From NCBI GenBank assembly GCA_964016885.1, contig OZ024741.1:372806001-372870000 (forward strand): a stretch of 64,000 nt of DNA. The letters are read 5' to 3'. Below the pieces are notes generated by a model. That model had not been told where the DNA came from, ran no database searches, and saw only the letters and a list, made by a program, of their open reading frames with translations. Below are positions 60,830 to 64,000 of this stretch, piece after piece. Made by a program: the position numbers and the translations under genes. This DNA is from Eledone cirrhosa (lineage: Eukaryota). Within the stretch, counting starts at the first letter, position 1; each line of letters starts with the position of its first letter.

Positions 60830-61145
60830 GAATTACGGTTGAGTCTGTAGCAGTGGAGACTTCGAGACTTCTGGTGTCCTTGGCAGCCCTAAGCCCACCT
60901 CCCTGCTCATCACCATTGGCACAGAGTTGGTTACCCGCAGGTGTGAGCCTCGCGAACTGGAATGGCTCTTCCAGTGCGTTTCTCTCACCATATGCTGGGG
61001 AAACACCTTTTCTAGTCTGTCCGCCAGGGCCATGAGGTGGCCCCCATTTGCTGATAATAGTGAGAGATAGAGAGAACGGGAGATATGGAGGCAGTGAGAG
61101 TGGGAGTTTGGTTCCTTTGAGTTCAGACCTGGTGTATATGTTTGT
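60830..61145 (+). pseudogene. Second CRE-like endonuclease C-terminus relic plus 3' UTR
   Basis: With frameshifts reads SVAVETS..GVLG...LITIGTELVTRRCEPRELEWLFQCVSLTICWGNTFS. The downstream UTR-like segment recurs at 59286-59390 and 13578-13668. Confidence 0.65.
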
Positions 61146-61856
61146 TTCAGACTCACACTCACACACAGATTCACATAGCAACAACAACAACAGCAATAAC
61201 AGTAACCACAAGGTATATTTATACCAATATATATATGTGTACCTGCACATATGTTTCTCTTTAGTTCCATTACCACCATATTACTTCCTCTCCCTCCTCC
61301 TCTACCACAAGCCTTTCTTCCCTTTCCTCTTATTTCACATACTTGTTGATCTGAACTCAGGTCTTTTCTCTTCTTTTTCAAATCCACCTCCATTTTATCC
61401 TACTTTTCCTTACCCTCTTCTCACCTCACTGTGTATTTATCTATTTATTTATTTATTTATTTAAACGTCCGTATAGAGCTAGTAAGCCAAGACAGCCTAG
61501 GGGAAGTATCTAGTACTTCTTACAGTTGAGAAATAAAAAAAAGAGATATGTGAATATAAAAATAAAAGTATATCCACATGTACATACACCTGTATGTTGT
61601 TGTTTCTGTATATTAATACATATGGATTTTGTTAGTATTTTCCCTTCCACTCACTTATTTTCTTTTTCCATTTTGTCTTCAATTGTTGACCTACAATTTA
61701 CCTCCATCACTTTTCTTATACTTCACAACTTCATCTTTATCAACAATATGTGTGTGTGTGTGTGTATCTATGTATGTATGTATGTATGTATATATATATA
61801 TATATATATGAGTGTGTATGTGTGTGTGTGTGTGCATATACATATATATATATATA

Positions 61857-64000
61857 TCATCATCATCATCATCATCATCGCGTAACGTCCATCTTCCACA
61901 CTTGCATGGGTTTGGACGGGAGTTTTCCCACTTGAGGCAAGATTTGTTGTCCTGCTCGTATAGGACTGTCTGGCGGGTTATCTACGGCTGGATGCCCTTC
62001 CTAACACCAACCACGTTTACAGTGTGGACTGGGAGGTTTTTACCGTGTTACCTACACGCCCAGATTACAGTGTGGACTGTGTGTTTTTTTGTCGTGACAC
62101 CTACACGTCTGGTGAGTTTTCTACGGCTGGGTGCCCTTCCCAACACCAACCACGTTTACAGTGTGGACTGGGAGGTTTTTACCATGTTACCTACACGCCC
62201 ACATTACAGCGTGGACTGTGTGTTTTTTTGTCGTGACACCTACACGACTTCATTTGTTTCGGAGTGGATGTTGTGGTACCAACATAACTTCACATTTAAG
62301 GGGGTGGTGTGGATGGGGTGGGAGGTAGTGGGACGGGGGTGTATTTTGTTAGAGGTGCCTACTGACTGTAGGTTTCGTTTTGTACTTGGGCAAGGCGGGT
62401 CTTCTGTATGACTGTGTAGCGCCAAAGATCTCGGTCCAGTGACATTGTCTTGGAGAGGTGTAAGTGTGTAAGGTCAGAATTTATTAAGTCGTCCCAGGTT
62501 TTTCTGGGTTTGCCTACTCCGTGGCTACCGTCTATTTTGATCGGCCTGCACTTTTTTATACAGCTGTCGTCTTTCATGCACATCACGTGACCGTACCAAC
62601 GTAGTCTTCTCTCGAGTAAACAACATCTGATCCCTCTTATTCCTAATTTCTCCCTTAGTTCATTTATGCTTTGCCGTTCACATATATTACTATTACACAT
62701 CCAGCGGAGCATGCAAGCTTCGTTTCTCTCCAGTCTGCATATATCCTCTGCACACAATGCCCAGGTCTCACTGCCATGTAACATTGCTGTTTGTATGCAG
62801 GCATCATACAACCTGCCTTTCATTTTTAGAGAGAACCCTTTAGCGGCCAATAGTGGTATAAGCTCTCTGAACTTTTCCATCCCGTTCTGACTCTAGCTAC
62901 TCTACTTTCAGAGCACCCTCCCCCACTGCTGATTTTGTCACCCAGGTAACGGAAGGTGTCCACTATTTCTATAGAACCATCTGTGCAATGGAATGAGCTA
63001 GTATACGGTGGGCACTTGCTGCTACTTATTGCACCAGAGCACCGGCCACATATAAAATCTATATTCTTAGTTAGCTTACCTGTGATCCCACTACATCTTT
63101 TATGCACCCATACTTTGCATTTGGGACATAAAATGGAGTTTCTGCCTACTCCTTTCCTACACACTGAGCATGGCCATTTCCCAGATGGGACCAGTGCCCT
63201 AAGTTAACTTTAAAGCCTTTTGATTCTAGGCCATGCTTCCATGTTTGGAATTTCTTCTCTAGTTCAGCCATTGATTCAGCTATGAGCATTAGATCATCTG
63301 CATATAGGAGTTCCCATGGGCAGCCAGTCTTGAACTCCTCTGTTATAGCCTGAAGGGCAATAATAAATAGTAGGGGGCTAAGAACGGAGCCCTGATGAAC
63401 ACCAACTTTTACGCTAAACTCTTCACTATATTCGTTGTTAATTCTAACCTTGCTGACTGTTTCTTTATACATGGCTTGTATAGCTCTCACAAGCCATTCA
63501 TCAACACCTAGTTTTCTAAAAGCCCACCAGATAATGGAGCGGGGGACTCTGTCATAGGCTTTCTCCAAGTCAACAAAAGCTAAGTATAGGGGTTTAATTT
63601 TAGCTAGGTACTTCTGCTGTAGTTGTCGTACAATGAAAAGAGCATCTGTGGTACTTTTACCTGACACAAACCCGAACTGCATTTCATCTAGATCAATTCG
63701 CTCTCTGATTAGTTGTGCTATTACTTTTTCTGTGACCTTCATGACCTGGTCGATTAATTTAATACCTCTATAGTTTCCCCTATCTAGGGCATCTCCTTTA
63801 CCCTTGTAGCAGTTAATGATGCTGCTGCTACGCCAGTCCTTCGGAATGGCGCCATTCTGTATGACTTGGTTAACTATCCGGGTGACCATAGTGTGTACCA
63901 CCGTTCCAGATGCTTTCAGCATTTCAGCAACTATTTCCGAAGGCCCAGCCGCCTTACCCGTCTTCATATCTTTGATTGCCTTACTTATTATACTACCTTC
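61857..64000 (-). mobile_element. RTE LINE of a second subfamily, frameshifted, running off the window end
   Basis: ORF pieces 63146-63967 (KAAGPS, NYRGIKL, QFGF, AFVDLEKAYD, QGSVLSP, YADD), 62826-63164 and 62359-62880. The 3' UTR has a 139-bp duplication and a (GAT)n tail. Confidence 0.95.

Noticed and set aside
30017-64000. Search for PDE4 UCR1 exons (RRESFLYRSDS, HGEDLIVTPFAQ, ILASLRSVR)
   Set aside because: No matching sequence was recognised by eye. They probably lie beyond 64000, but a missed micro-exon cannot be excluded.

Overview
AT-rich, repeat-dense animal DNA. The repeat complement (RTE LINEs, tRNA-derived SINEs, (TA)n and (GAT)n tracts) suggests an octopus or other coleoid cephalopod; this is inference. 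The whole window appears to lie inside one minus-strand gene, a cAMP-specific phosphodiesterase of the PDE4/dunce family. Three coding exons with canonical AG/GT boundaries and compatible phases were read by hand: a linker LR1 exon (30016-29922), a UCR2 N-half exon (23701-23589) and a UCR2 C-half exon (18904-18811). No UCR1 or catalytic-domain exon was recognised, so these are presumably outside the window. The introns hold truncated RTE LINEs, a CR1-type LINE, a Penelope-like GIY-YIG fragment, Tx1/L1, CRE-like and Gypsy relics, three SINE families, TTAA-flanked piggyBac-type MITEs, a hAT-type MITE and several minisatellites. Most ORF-track calls are repeat or antisense artefacts. The most notable observations are: (1) many minimal hammerhead-ribozyme-like motifs in short (TA)n-embedded, often fold-back elements; (2) a C4HC3 PHD-type finger inside the RTE reverse transcriptase; (3) a candidate alternative first exon for a UCR-less PDE4; (4) a Gypsy RT relic enclosed by ~110 bp inverted repeats; (5) inverted repeats next to PDE4 splice sites; (6) 48-bp minisatellites derived from the RTE 3' UTR; (7) a telomere-like 32-bp satellite. 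I found no clearly novel multi-gene system. All family assignments are by-eye motif recognition without database searches.
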